Assembly: GCA_963804165.1 (NCBI GenBank) | Contig: CAWDPO010000013.1 | Coordinates: 1 to 64,000 of the forward strand | Direction: 5' to 3' | From: an uncultured delta proteobacterium | GTDB taxonomy: Bacteria > Desulfobacterota > Binatia > UBA9968 | Length of the DNA: 64,000 nt | Shown: piece after piece, positions 40,288-50,989 of the stretch | Position numbering within the stretch: position 1 is the stretch's first letter | How the letters are laid out: every line of letters begins with the position of its first letter | Made by a program: the position numbers and the translations under genes | The notes under the pieces: generated by a model | Told to the model about the DNA's origin: nothing | The model's database searches: none | Seen by the model: only the letters and a program-made list of their open reading frames with translations

Positions 40288-40983
40288 ATGAAGCTATGGG
40301 TAGGGACCAGCGGTTATAGCTACAAAGCGTGGTTGGGAAACTTTTATCCTGAGCGTCTTGCCGCGAAAGAGATGCTGCGGTTCTACGCCTCGCGGCTGCC
40401 TGCCGTCGAGATCAACAATACTTTTTATCGGTTGCCCAAAGAAACCGTGCTTCAATCGTGGGCGGAACAGGTTCCGGCCGGGTTTCGCTTTGTTCTTAAA
40501 GCGCCGCAAAAAATTACTCACGTCAAACGGCTCAAAGACGCGGCAGCCGAAGTCGAGTATCTATTTCGTGTGGAAACGGTGTTGGCTTCGAGTACGGGCG
40601 CCATTCTGTTCCAGCTCCCGCCTTACCTGCGAAAAGATTTGCAGACGTTGAAAAATTTCTTGTCAATTTTGCCTACCGACCGGGCAGTAGCCTTTGAGTT
40701 TCGCCACTCCTCCTGGTTCGATGACGAAGTTTTCACCTGCTTGCGGGAGCACAACTGCGCGCTTTGTATGGCCGATATGGATGATAGCGAAAGTTCCAAT
40801 TTGATCGCCACGGCGACATGGGGCTACGCCAGGCTGCGGCGCTCCGAATACAGTCGTGCCGATCTGGTGAACTGGAAAGCGCGCATCCTGTCCCAGCAGT
40901 GGGATCATGCGTATATATTCTTTAAGCACGAAGATGAAGGCATCGGTCCGAAGTTGGCTGCGGAATTCCTAGAACTAACCTAA
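40288..40983 (+). CDS. DUF72 family protein
   Basis: VGTSGYSY..W, VEINNTFY, KAPQKITH, LFQLPP, EFRH.SW. Confidence 0.92.
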   Translation: MKLWVGTSGYSYKAWLGNFYPERLAAKEMLRFYASRLPAVEINNTFYRLPKETVLQSWAEQVPAGFRFVLKAPQKITHVKRLKDAAAEVEYLFRVETVLASSTGAILFQLPPYLRKDLQTLKNFLSILPTDRAVAFEFRHSSWFDDEVFTCLREHNCALCMADMDDSESSNLIATATWGYARLRRSEYSRADLVNWKARILSQQWDHAYIFFKHEDEGIGPKLAAEFLELT

Positions 40984-41358
40984 ACAGGATAAGCGCACAC
41001 CGCGCTACCTGCCCTCAGGTAGTATCAAGATCTACAGGCTTCCCTTCCTGAAGTCTCTGGAGAACGCACCTAATTCGTTTTGAGGGCGATTTCGTATCAA
41101 GATCTAGACTCTAACACGCAAATGGTGTCTAGCGTCATGGTTCCGATAGCCTCACCACGAACGGTTTTTCCTTATTCCGATCGCGCGTCGAAGGGCAAAG
41201 AGACAGACTGTTACAGTCCACTAGCTATCTTGATGGAGGATTAAGGGAAAGCTACTCATAGCCTGTTTTGGGAAATCGGTGGCTCAGCCGGTAAAGTGAG
41301 CGCAAACTATTCAGACGGATACTTGTTCATGAACATTGGCCGTTTTAGGATGTTATAA

Positions 41359-42099
41359 ATGCTCGACGTTGACGCCGACAAGGCGGTCCGAATCAAAGGA
41401 TCGGTTAAACGTAAAGCGGCTCTTGTAAAGGGGGCACTTTGTCTTCTGGTCGTGCTCTTACTGTCGCTCGGTTGGCGTTTGACCCCGCTCAAGGAATACG
41501 TCGATCTTGAAACGATAATCAGCTGGCAGCAATCCCTAAAAGATCATCCGGCGGCGCTCTTCTGGGTCGTGGGCGTCTACTTGGCAGGCGGTCTTGTTTT
41601 GTTTCCGGTAATGGTTCTGAATGTCGCGACCATAGTGGCTTTCGGTCCTGTCCTCGGCAACGCCTACGCCTTTGCCGGATGGCTCTGCAGCGCTGCTCTC
41701 GGATTTGGCCTCGCTCGCGTTATGGGGCGAGAGTTGGTGAAAAAAATGGCTCGATCGAAGATCAAACACCTTCTCCATCGCGCCGGCCGCCATGGTTTTC
41801 TAACCGTCCTTAGCATGCGGATATTGCCCCTAGCTCCATTCACAGTGGTCAATCTGTTCGTTGGTGCCTCCGGGATCCGGTTTGCGGATTTCTTTCTCGC
41901 GACGGTGATTGGCAGGATTCCGGGAATCGTGACCTTGACTCTGTTCGGCGTGCAATTCGAAAACTTCCTGCGGCGGCCGGACGTGGAAAGCTCAATCCTT
42001 CTCGCTTTGACAATTCTGTTGATTCCACTTGCGACCCTCTGGTTTTGCAAGCGGTTCGCCTCCCAGGACGTGCGCCCCAGCGATACCACCGAACCCTGA
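41359..42099 (+). CDS. TVP38/TMEM64 (VTT/DedA-like) membrane protein
   Basis: Hydrophobic; RILPLAPFTVVNL..GAS..F..F..T..G..PG. Confidence 0.85.
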   Translation: MLDVDADKAVRIKGSVKRKAALVKGALCLLVVLLLSLGWRLTPLKEYVDLETIISWQQSLKDHPAALFWVVGVYLAGGLVLFPVMVLNVATIVAFGPVLGNAYAFAGWLCSAALGFGLARVMGRELVKKMARSKIKHLLHRAGRHGFLTVLSMRILPLAPFTVVNLFVGASGIRFADFFLATVIGRIPGIVTLTLFGVQFENFLRRPDVESSILLALTILLIPLATLWFCKRFASQDVRPSDTTEP

Positions 42100-42122
42100 A
42101 CGGCGGGTCGCCGCCGGGAACG

Positions 42123-43376
42123 TCATAACAGCTCTTTTACCGGAAAGGCGAAGAGCTCGAAGAGCCGTTCGAAGATACTGCGCGAATTCCATTCTTCGTA
42201 GGTAATGTTTTTCGAGTGTTTCACGTCTTCTTGAAAAATCTCTTCCAGACGGCGCGCCAGCGTCGCATCATACACCGTGAGGTTTAATTCCTGATTCAAC
42301 GCGAAAGAGCGATTATCAAAGTTGGTGCTGCCGATGGTCGCCCAGATGCCGTCGACGACCATCGTTTTGGCGTGCATGAGAGCCGGCTGATACTCGAAGA
42401 TCTGAACGCCGCCCTGCAACAGACGGCCGTAATGGCTGCGGCTTGCCGTGTAGGTGAGCCGGCTGTCGATCTCGCCGGGGGCCAACACGATCACGCGTAC
42501 GCCGCGGGCGGCCGCTTTCAACAAGGCTTCGGTCATGACGTCGTCGGGAATAAAATAGGGATTGGTGATCAAGATCGATTTTCGCGCTGAGTTGATCGTG
42601 ATCAGGAAGAGCATATAAGTCTGAAAACTTCCTCCCGCCGGCGAGCTACGGACGATTTGTGCGAACACGTTTCCGATCGGCTGGAGCGCGGGAAAATAGC
42701 CCGCGCCGCCGATCGCGATGCCGGTGGTTTCCAGCCAACTTTCGGCAAACGCGGCTTGCAGAAATTTGACCGCCGGACCTTCTACGCGTGCATTGGTATC
42801 GCGCCAGTGTTGTGCCGTTCGTCCGTCGCCGCTCCAGGAGTCTGCGATGCCATAGCCCCCGGTAAATCCCACCTGCCCGTCGATCACGAGAATGCGCCGG
42901 TGGCTTCGATAGTTATAATCGAGCAGTTTCCACGGGAAAATGATCACCGGCGCCTCGACTCTGCGAAAGAATTCCACGTGACATCCGGCATCGCGCATCA
43001 AGGCGATGATTTCGCCGGGCGTTTTGCCCGATCCGTGGCTGTCGAGCAGAATGTCTGCTTTTACGCCGGCCCGGCATCGTTCGGCAAAGGCCTCGGCAAA
43101 CTGCCGCGCTAGAGAACCTCCTTCGAAAAGATACTGGGAGAATGTGATCGTCTGCTGCGCCGACTTGATATCGCGCAGCATGATGGGAAACGTTTCATCG
43201 CCGTTGAGCAAGACGCCGATGCGATTGCCGGCCATGATCGGCGCATCCGTGTGCGCTTCGATGGTTGGGAAAAACGCCGATTCGCCGAGAGTCAGCGGGG
43301 GAATCTGCCCTACGGTTACGACTCTGGCGCAACCGAAAAACAGCAAAACCGCGGCAAGCCACTTCAAATATCTCAT
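42123..43376 (-). CDS. Cardiolipin synthase / phospholipase D family (ClsB-like)
   Basis: HRRILVID and HAKTMVVD HKD-type motifs; LLNGDETFP, NPYFIPD, GSTNFDNRS. Confidence 0.9.
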   Translation of the reverse strand: MRYLKWLAAVLLFFGCARVVTVGQIPPLTLGESAFFPTIEAHTDAPIMAGNRIGVLLNGDETFPIMLRDIKSAQQTITFSQYLFEGGSLARQFAEAFAERCRAGVKADILLDSHGSGKTPGEIIALMRDAGCHVEFFRRVEAPVIIFPWKLLDYNYRSHRRILVIDGQVGFTGGYGIADSWSGDGRTAQHWRDTNARVEGPAVKFLQAAFAESWLETTGIAIGGAGYFPALQPIGNVFAQIVRSSPAGGSFQTYMLFLITINSARKSILITNPYFIPDDVMTEALLKAAARGVRVIVLAPGEIDSRLTYTASRSHYGRLLQGGVQIFEYQPALMHAKTMVVDGIWATIGSTNFDNRSFALNQELNLTVYDATLARRLEEIFQEDVKHSKNITYEEWNSRSIFERLFELFAFPVKELL

Positions 43377-43609
43377 AACTATGGAAAATGTTTTTGACGG
43401 AAATAGGTGTGGATTGCAAGCTGAAGCATGAACTTCGCGCAAGCCGGCTTGAACCATGAACCGGCGCGAATCAATGCAACCGGTAACTAAAGCGCAGTGT
43501 GTTTGCAGAGACTTCGAGGGTAATGCAGCGCTATGGGAGCAGATCGTTCACCCAACTGTCCCAGTGACGCGATCAAGTGTTAAAGATTGACGATCGCGGC
43601 TTTGCCGCG

Positions 43610-44925
43610 TCAGAACCTCGCGTTGATCCATTTTGCCGCATAATCGAAAAAATTCTTTCTTGCATTGGCGTACTCCGACGCGGGTCTTGCGCAGTTGGTG
43701 CAGGCGCCGATGCTGGTCATCGAGCCTTCGATGACGATGAAGTCTTTGTCGCCGCTCTTTGAGTTCAAGTAATTGAACTCGACTTCCTGAATCAGATTCT
43801 GAAACGATGCCTGGTGTGCGACGGCGAGCAGCGGGACCGTGACGCTTTGCAGCATGCAGGGCGTCGAGTTGTTGGTGGAGCAAAGATCGATCTGTTTCTC
43901 GTCCATCGAGTTGGTCGAGCGGATCGCGTTGCTGCTGAGAAATGAGCGGAGGGTCAGGCCGCCTCGGGCGCCTTCGCCGAAGGTGCGGTTGAGCTTGGCG
44001 AGCTCGGGACGCGGCGGTGCGATGCTTTCGACGACTTGCTTGACGACGGTGCCGTCGTTCTTGAGCAGCTTCTCGGGCTGCACGGTGGTGTGGCGGATGC
44101 TCGAGTCGAGGGAGAGCAGGCGCGCGTTGTCGAATCCGGGGATATTGAACGGGGCGTCATCGCTGTAAACGTCTTTGCCCGCTTCGATGTTTTTCAGTTG
44201 CCTAAGGGCCACGCGATCAAGCGGTTCATGCGGGCGGATTGCGCCGCGAAATAGGCTTTCTTGAACGCGTCGGAATATTGCGAAGAACCGTCGTGATTGA
44301 AACCGTTCTTGAGCGAGAAGGGGTCGAGCTTCGGATCGACGCGACCGCTGCGCTCGTCGATGATCGCGGGATTGACGCTGCGTAGGCGCAGGATCGGATT
44401 TCCCGGATGGCCGTCGGAAAGGATGATACCGTGGGCAGGGGCGAGTCCTTGGAGGTCGTTGCCGCATTGGACGAGCTTATTCGGTCCCTTGCAAACCGCC
44501 GGGCCGCTTTCCGCCACGTCTTGATAAAAACTCATGGTGACGCCGCCGCCGCTGTGGCCGTAGAGAATGATCTTGCTGCTCGTTCCGAGCTGCTTCTTGA
44601 GGTAGTTGACGCCCTCGGCGACGTCGAGGGGAATCAATTCCCACCTGACCGAGGATTCGCTGTTTTCAAAGCGCGAGTTCATGCACAAGACGAGAAAACC
44701 GCGCCTGGCGAATTCACCGCACGCGACATTATTCAAGTAGTTCGACTCGCGGTGCATGACGATGATTCCGACGCGGGGCTCCGGACCGGAGTCCGGTTTA
44801 TAGAGCGCGCTCTTGGCGCGGCCGAGCTGTGCGTAGGTCGGATTGCTTTGCGCCAAGGATTGAGTGCCGTGGGCGCCGAGTAAAAAAGAAATCGATAGTG
44901 CGAGTGTTAAGAGATGCTTGCGCAT
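43610..44925 (-). CDS. Secreted alpha/beta-hydrolase-like protein, frameshifted near 44210 (paralog of 59070-60374)
   Basis: GHSGGG elbow; both partial ORFs align colinearly with 59070-60374, and both proteins end WINARF. Confidence 0.75.
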
Positions 44926-45004
44926 GATCGTCGCGTCCGCCGTCTTTGAGTTATGTGCGCTTGACGGTATCTAATTTGCTCGTCGCTGTGTTGTTTCAAA
45001 GCGG

Positions 45005-45352
45005 CTAATTCCCCTCGAGCAGGAGCGTTCCGAGCTTGTCCAGGACTTCGTCGGTTGCTACCTGCGGCAGTTTGCATATGAACTCGGCTTTCCGAACGCG
45101 CCAATTGAGACTTTTGACTTGATCGGCGAGAACGACACCGCCGATCTTTAATCCGGACGGAATCGCTACTTCGAATGGATAACCCTTTACGTGACTCGTA
45201 ATAGGACAAAGGATGGCGAGTCCAACTTTGCCATTGTAAGAAGCCGGTGAAAGTACCAATGCAGGGCGGCGGCCGGCTTGCTCGTGCCCGGCTTGAGGAT
45301 TGAAAGTTATCCAGACCGCATCCCCACGAGCAGGAACGTAGCGGCGGGCCAT
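45005..45352 (-). CDS. mazF: MazF/PemK endoribonuclease toxin
   Basis: YVPARGD..W..FNPQAGHEQAGRRPALVLSP..YN..CPIT..KGYPFEV..DQVKSL. Confidence 0.95.
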   Translation of the reverse strand: MARRYVPARGDAVWITFNPQAGHEQAGRRPALVLSPASYNGKVGLAILCPITSHVKGYPFEVAIPSGLKIGGVVLADQVKSLNWRVRKAEFICKLPQVATDEVLDKLGTLLLEGN

Positions 45353-45594
45353 TACAAGATCTCACGTCCGACCGACGGACCGAAATCAACTTCTGCGTGC
45401 AGATTTTTCCGAGTTACCTTCGCGAGCAATTGTTTGAGAGACAGTTTCCTTTTTTCAACGGGTGTCGCCACGACCTTCCCCTCGGAAACCGCCAAGTTCA
45501 ACACCGTTCCCTCCTTCACTTCGGCGTCTTCAGCGAGCGGCTTGGGAATCCTAACCGCCAAGCTGTTTCCCCATTTTTGAACGCGAACATGCAT
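45352..45594 (-). CDS. mazE: MazE/AbrB antitoxin
   Basis: VQKWGNSLAVRIPK; overlaps the mazF start by 1 nt. Confidence 0.95.
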   Translation of the reverse strand: MHVRVQKWGNSLAVRIPKPLAEDAEVKEGTVLNLAVSEGKVVATPVEKRKLSLKQLLAKVTRKNLHAEVDFGPSVGREIL

Positions 45595-45610
45595 CAGCGC
45601 ACCTCCAACA

Positions 45611-45631
45611 TGTTTCTACAATGAAGATACA
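45611..45631 (-). promoter_or_regulatory. Probable MazE operator palindrome
   Basis: TGTATCTTCATTGTAGAAACA on the minus strand just upstream of the RBS; resembles the E. coli mazEF operator as I recall it. Confidence 0.55.
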
Positions 45632-45819
45632 GAGTTGCGAGATCCAGGGTCAACCGGTAGATGCCGAAGGACACGGTCTTGTGATTGCGCGTGCTTCGTC
45701 AGAGGGTCGAAAGATTAAACTGGTGAACAGGCAGGCTTCGCAAAATAAGGCGAGCATGGCACCCAAGTTTTCCCCGGGGATGCAATACTCTTTCCTATGT
45801 CTATCTTGTTTGCCGCTGT

Positions 45820-46924
45820 CTAGTTTGTCGCCGAGTCTAACTTGTAGAAGCGCGCGGCGTTGTCGCGCAGGATTGCCTGCTTGGCTCTTTCGCTAATCTC
45901 CTCGCGCTCGCGAAGTTCGCGAATCTCCTTTTGCACCGTGTGAACGTTCACTTCGTGCGGAAAGTCAGACGAAAACATGAACGCTTGCTCGCCTGCGACT
46001 TTGATCGCGTAGGCAAGGTCTGATTCTCCGCCCTCGATACCTACCGCTAGGCGACCGGTTTGAATGAGCGCGCGGATGTAGTCAGCGACTGTTTGTCCCT
46101 CTCGCAAGTGCAGCAGTTCACCGCGGGGATTGATTGGAATTCCCGCTTCGTAGGATCGAGAGAGACGCTCCAGAGCCATGAGAAACCAGAGCGGACCACC
46201 CTCGAGATATGCCACTCGTAGCCCGGGAAAGCGGTCGAAGAGGTTGTTTAACACCATCTCCGCCAATGCGATGGCTAAGCGACATTGGATGTCCAATGGC
46301 ATTGGCGCCGGTGGAAACGTTCATGGTGTCCATACCCAGGTCCCAATGCCCGCCGCCATGAACGACCACCGGACAGCCCAAGCGAGCCGCTTCCGCATAC
46401 ACCGGCCAATAAGGCTTGGCGCCGAGGTTCAAGTGCACTCCGGTAGCGGGGAACAGGACACCGCACATTCCCAACTCGGTATAAGCGTGGCGCAGTTCTT
46501 CCAACGCCGCGTCCGCATCATGCATCGGCACGAGAGCGATGCCTTTGAAACGGGAATCGCGCCTAAGATAGGTCTCTGCCAACCAGTCGTTGTACGCTCG
46601 GGCCGCGCCGACGGCGTAGTCGCGGTCCACGATGCGTCCGATGCGCTGGCCGGCGGTGGGAAAGAGGACGGTATAGTCGAACCCCACCTGATTCATGAAC
46701 TCGATCCATCCATCGGGTCCTGGGTTTTGAAACCGACCTTCGGAATTTGTCGCGAAGGCGCCGGGCGGAGTGCGAGTCAGTGAATACTGGATATGACTGT
46801 TGAGCGGAAATACGCCGCTGCGCAAGCGGCCGCCAACCGCGCTGTACGGAAAATGACGGGCGATGGCTTCGCCATCCTCGAAAATATGGCCGTCGCCGTC
46901 GATGATTTTCGGCTGCTGTGTCAT
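45820..46924 (-). CDS. Amidohydrolase_2 family (ACMSD/LigW-like), frameshifted near 46285
   Basis: IIDGDGH, ARAYNDWLAE, VVVH in one frame; FDRFPGLRVAYLEGG, FSSDFPHE in the next. Confidence 0.8.
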
Positions 46925-47511
46925 AGGATACTCCTCTGCCAATATCGGATTTTAGAGCGGCGCTTTCGTTAAAGCTCTTGCCAACGGCTCGGGTTACGGC
47001 TTAAGTCCCGGGCTAAAAAAATTGTGAGTCTCTTCATCACCAAGGGTACGCACTTCAGACTTTTGGATAGCACCAGGCTATGGAAATTGTCAATTCAATC
47101 CGCCTGCGTTTACCCGCACGGATGAAACTGAATCGGATCAGTTCTTGAATAATGTTTGGCAGTTGAACGGTCAGGTGCGGTGAGGATCGATCTTACTACT
47201 CGTCTTGTGTCGGCGCGGTCATATTCATAGCGAAATTGGTAGTGGCGGCCGTCTGGCAATTTGATCAAATCGAATGCGGCACCGATTACCGCATGGCAAT
47301 TCTTTATTTCCGACCTTATGATGCTTTAGAACTTGTTTATTCATAGATTGTTTGTTCTGCGAACAAGCAGGGTGTGACTCAATTGATGTCGAGAAGGGTA
47401 CAGAAGAAATGGCGATTCATCCGCTTGCGGGAAAGGCTGCAACCCGGCATATATTGCAAGCAGTGTTTACATTTGTCGGAGCGTAAGACCAACGATGAGT
47501 GATCGGCCAAG

Positions 47512-48684
47512 ATGCAATCAAAAGGAGCCACCGTGCTAAACGCAGCTAGGAAATGGCTAACCTTGATAAGCTCACTTGTGTGCTGGATCTCAGTGTCATC
47601 CGTGCAAATTTCCAACGCCGCCGACTCGCGGCCGGCGTGGCAATTTGAATGGGACAAGACGGTCAAAGCGGCGGAGGAGGAAGGCGCGTTGGTCATTTAC
47701 ATGACCCAAGCCTTCGAACCGGTATTTCGCGACGCCTTTCAGAAAAAATTTCCCAAAATCAAGGTGACCATGGCGACGGGAAGAGGGCCTGAGTTGAGCC
47801 AGCGGGTCATGAGCGAGCGACGGGCGGATAAGTTTGCCGTGGATCTATATATCTCCGGCAATATATCGCCCCTGACGGTTTTTCACCGGGCAAAGATTTT
47901 GGAACCAGTCAAACCTTTGTTGCTGTTGCCGGAAGTTCTGGACACGTCCGCCTGGTACGAAGGCAAACATCATTACGACGACCCGGAGAATCGCTATATC
48001 TTTGTTTTCGAGGGCACGCCGCGGAGCGGCGAGATCACTTACAACACCAAGGCGGTAAATCAGGCGGAGATCAAATCCTATTGGGATTTGCTCAGTACGA
48101 AATGGAAGGGAAAGATCGTTTCGGTCGACCCGCTCGTTTCGGGTCCGATCAGCGCGGCGCATATCTTTTTCTACAAGCAGCCTGATCTCGGCGCGGAATT
48201 TTTGCGCCGGCTGCACGCCGAGACGGATATTGCCATCGTGCGCTCAAACGAGCAGATGCTCGATTGGCTGAGCGCGGGAAAATTCGCGTTCGGTATCGGC
48301 GCGCGGGACGTCGACACCGCGATGATGCAGGGGCTGCCACTCATGCAATTCTCGCCGGGGTCGCTTAAGGAAGGATCTTCGGTCACGGCGTACAACGGCA
48401 CGTTAAGCTTTTTCAATCGCGCGCCCCATCCCAACGCAGCGAAAGTTGCCGCCAACTGGCTTTTGTCTCGCGAGGGACAAACAGCATGGCTAGATTCCAA
48501 CCAACGAACCGGCGGCCTCTACGATTCATTGCGAGAGGATATTTCGAAAGAGAAAGTGAGCGAACGCGCGCGGCGCGTCAAAGGAGCCAAATTTCTCTGG
48601 TTAAATCCCGCCTGGATCGACGAGCTGGATGCGATCCGCGATGTCATCAAGAAGGCTTTGGCGAGCGCCGGCAAGGGAAAATGA
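47512..48684 (+). CDS. ABC extracellular solute-binding protein
   Basis: AAEEEG, WDLLSTKWKGKI, APHPNAAKV..WLLSREGQ. Confidence 0.85.
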   Translation: MQSKGATVLNAARKWLTLISSLVCWISVSSVQISNAADSRPAWQFEWDKTVKAAEEEGALVIYMTQAFEPVFRDAFQKKFPKIKVTMATGRGPELSQRVMSERRADKFAVDLYISGNISPLTVFHRAKILEPVKPLLLLPEVLDTSAWYEGKHHYDDPENRYIFVFEGTPRSGEITYNTKAVNQAEIKSYWDLLSTKWKGKIVSVDPLVSGPISAAHIFFYKQPDLGAEFLRRLHAETDIAIVRSNEQMLDWLSAGKFAFGIGARDVDTAMMQGLPLMQFSPGSLKEGSSVTAYNGTLSFFNRAPHPNAAKVAANWLLSREGQTAWLDSNQRTGGLYDSLREDISKEKVSERARRVKGAKFLWLNPAWIDELDAIRDVIKKALASAGKGK

Positions 48685-48829
48685 CGAAGAAAAGAATTGG
48701 AGTATTCGGGTACAGTAGTAATGGGCATAAAAGGCGGCGCCGCGCGATCGTCGAACCTGTCGATGCGCTCCGATCGCCGCGCCGCCTTTCTATGGCGTCA
48801 GGGTTGCTGGAAAATCCGCGTGCTCAATT

Positions 48830-49708
48830 TTATTCGGAAACGTCGATCAGGTTTCCTTCCGGGTCCGGCAGTTGATGTTTGCCGTAGCGGCAGGTCTGCA
48901 GCAGGCCAAGCACGACATTGTATTCGGATTCGAGATTGGGCGATTTCGGTGCGAGCCATTCCGGGTCGGCCTTGGTCAAAAGCTCCACGTCGTTTTTGAA
49001 CGTTTCTAAATTCTCCACTTTGAATCCGATATGATCCATCCCCGGCCCTTTGTGTTCGGTGCCGTAGTAGTCTTTGATCTTCCACGGCGCCAGAACCAAT
49101 GTCACTACACCGTCGGTTAAATAAAAATTGGGATCTTCGAGCGCCTTCTCTTCTTCCTTGAACTGATAAACATCGATATAAAACTGCGCCAAGGCTTCCG
49201 GATTCATGGCGCGGACGGTGATGTGCTTGATGGAGCGCGCATGCCTTTGACCGGGGTCGAGCCAGACGCCTCGCACTTCTTTCTTGCCCGGCTGCATGAG
49301 ATCGAAGATGTTTCCTTCGGGATCATGCGTGCTGTAGTCAGCGAAGGGCCGATTCGACGGCCGCTTCACGACGTCGACGACGGGATATTTTTCTTTGATG
49401 CGGGCGAACGTACCATCGAGCTCGTCGACTTCGATGCCGAAGTGATCGAGGCCGCCGTTGTAACCAGGGCGGCGCCGATTGAATGCCACACCGATATTGC
49501 CGTCGCTGGCGATGATCGTGCGATCGAACGGCGTGGCGACACGCTTTGAGCCGAGCATCGGATAGCCGAACGCGCGCGCTTGTTCGGCTTCGGCAGCCGG
49601 CGAAGACTCCGACGCCGCCCGGCGAAAATCGAACAGACACTCATAGAATTTAAATAGCCGCGGCGCGTTCTGGCTCATGATGCCGACGTGTTTAATCTTC
49701 GATGCCAT
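48830..49708 (-). CDS. VOC/glyoxalase family protein (two domains)
   Basis: IKHVGI, GLDHFGIEV, DPEGN twice, GMDHIGFKV. Confidence 0.85.
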   Translation of the reverse strand: MASKIKHVGIMSQNAPRLFKFYECLFDFRRAASESSPAAEAEQARAFGYPMLGSKRVATPFDRTIIASDGNIGVAFNRRRPGYNGGLDHFGIEVDELDGTFARIKEKYPVVDVVKRPSNRPFADYSTHDPEGNIFDLMQPGKKEVRGVWLDPGQRHARSIKHITVRAMNPEALAQFYIDVYQFKEEEKALEDPNFYLTDGVVTLVLAPWKIKDYYGTEHKGPGMDHIGFKVENLETFKNDVELLTKADPEWLAPKSPNLESEYNVVLGLLQTCRYGKHQLPDPEGNLIDVSE

Positions 49709-49733
49709 TGCAAACCTCCATTATTTGACGGAA

Positions 49734-50753
49734 TTACTTCCGCAGTTTTTCTGCCGCTAATTTTTTGAAAAATCCTTCCTGGTCAAGCTCGTCCATGGCG
49801 CTCTCGTCGAGAAAACGATTGAGCGCGAGATCTGCTTTAGGGTGAGCTGATTCCTTTTGCACGATTTCCAACACGTTCTGCAAGCCTCTCCGGCCGGTGC
49901 GCGGCGGATAGGAGAACACACTATGATATGCGTCGTAACTCTCCTCGGCGACTTTGCGGTCGACTCTCATGCGCTTCATCAGGATGGCAACCACTTTTTC
50001 GCGCAGCTCCGACTCCGCTCGGAGCCGCTGGGTCGCCTCGCTGATCGCGCGCAGAAAGCGCTTGGCGTTGTCCCGCTCCTTTTGTAGATACAATCGCTCC
50101 ATGATGATCGTGCGATCGGGAAACTCTTTGACGAGCTCGGCAATGTTGGCAAATACGGTCATTCCCCTCTTGGTCGCCATACCGACGCTACTATTCGGAA
50201 TGACCGTTGCATCGATGCGGCCGCCTTCCATTGCCACCAGCCGCGACAGATTATTTCCCGAGGGCACCAGTTGGACCGAATCCGGCGACATGTCCCACGC
50301 TTTCAATGCCGTGAGCACACTGAACTGATTAGCGCCGCCGAAATTGGCGATGCCAATTTTTTTGCCTTTCAACTCGGCCGGAGTGCGAATTTCTTTGCGA
50401 GCGATGAAGCTGTAGAGATTCTTGTTAAGAAATGTTGCCGTAATCGCCAGATCGGCGCCCGACGCGATCGCGCGTACCGGTGCCATGGCGGCAACGTTGG
50501 CGGAATGGATGCTTCGCCCAACGAGCGCCTGGAGCAAAGTCGAGCCGCCGGTGATGACCAGCAGCTGGACGTCCAAACCGTATTTTTCAAAGAGGCCGAA
50601 ATCCTTGGCCACGAAGATCGGCAACTGCTGCGCGCTGGTGGCGCCGGCGCTGGCGTGAATGTGACGTTCGAGGGCGAGAGCCGGCGCCCGAGCTACGATG
50701 AGGATCAAAAGAACAAATAAAAAAATTCTCCGCATAGTTTCGCGTATCGCCAT
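49734..50753 (-). CDS. ABC substrate-binding protein (NMT1-like)
   Basis: Signal peptide, GLFEKYGLDV, ELKGKKIGI. Confidence 0.85.
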   Translation of the reverse strand: MAIRETMRRIFLFVLLILIVARAPALALERHIHASAGATSAQQLPIFVAKDFGLFEKYGLDVQLLVITGGSTLLQALVGRSIHSANVAAMAPVRAIASGADLAITATFLNKNLYSFIARKEIRTPAELKGKKIGIANFGGANQFSVLTALKAWDMSPDSVQLVPSGNNLSRLVAMEGGRIDATVIPNSSVGMATKRGMTVFANIAELVKEFPDRTIIMERLYLQKERDNAKRFLRAISEATQRLRAESELREKVVAILMKRMRVDRKVAEESYDAYHSVFSYPPRTGRRGLQNVLEIVQKESAHPKADLALNRFLDESAMDELDQEGFFKKLAAEKLRK

Positions 50754-50989
50754 GACCTTTTTTTGTCAAGCATTGCTTTACGTCACGGCGGTTTGCCGGA
50801 CTTGCAGAGGGAACCCTCTCGGCTGTAAATTCACGCCACGATGCTTCCCAGGAGACGGTTTGGCAAAAAATGGTAGCGCGGTATGGTGCCGGAGGAGCGT
50901 GGTCGCCGACAGACGGTGCCGATCAATACCGTCGTGCCCGAGGTAAAGACTCATAATGCCTCTCTATGGCAATTCCGACGAGGTCTACC

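Noticed and set aside
44194-44230. Programmed ribosomal frameshift in the hydrolase gene
   Set aside because: No slippery sequence; the intact paralog at 59070 suggests a simple 1-nt deletion
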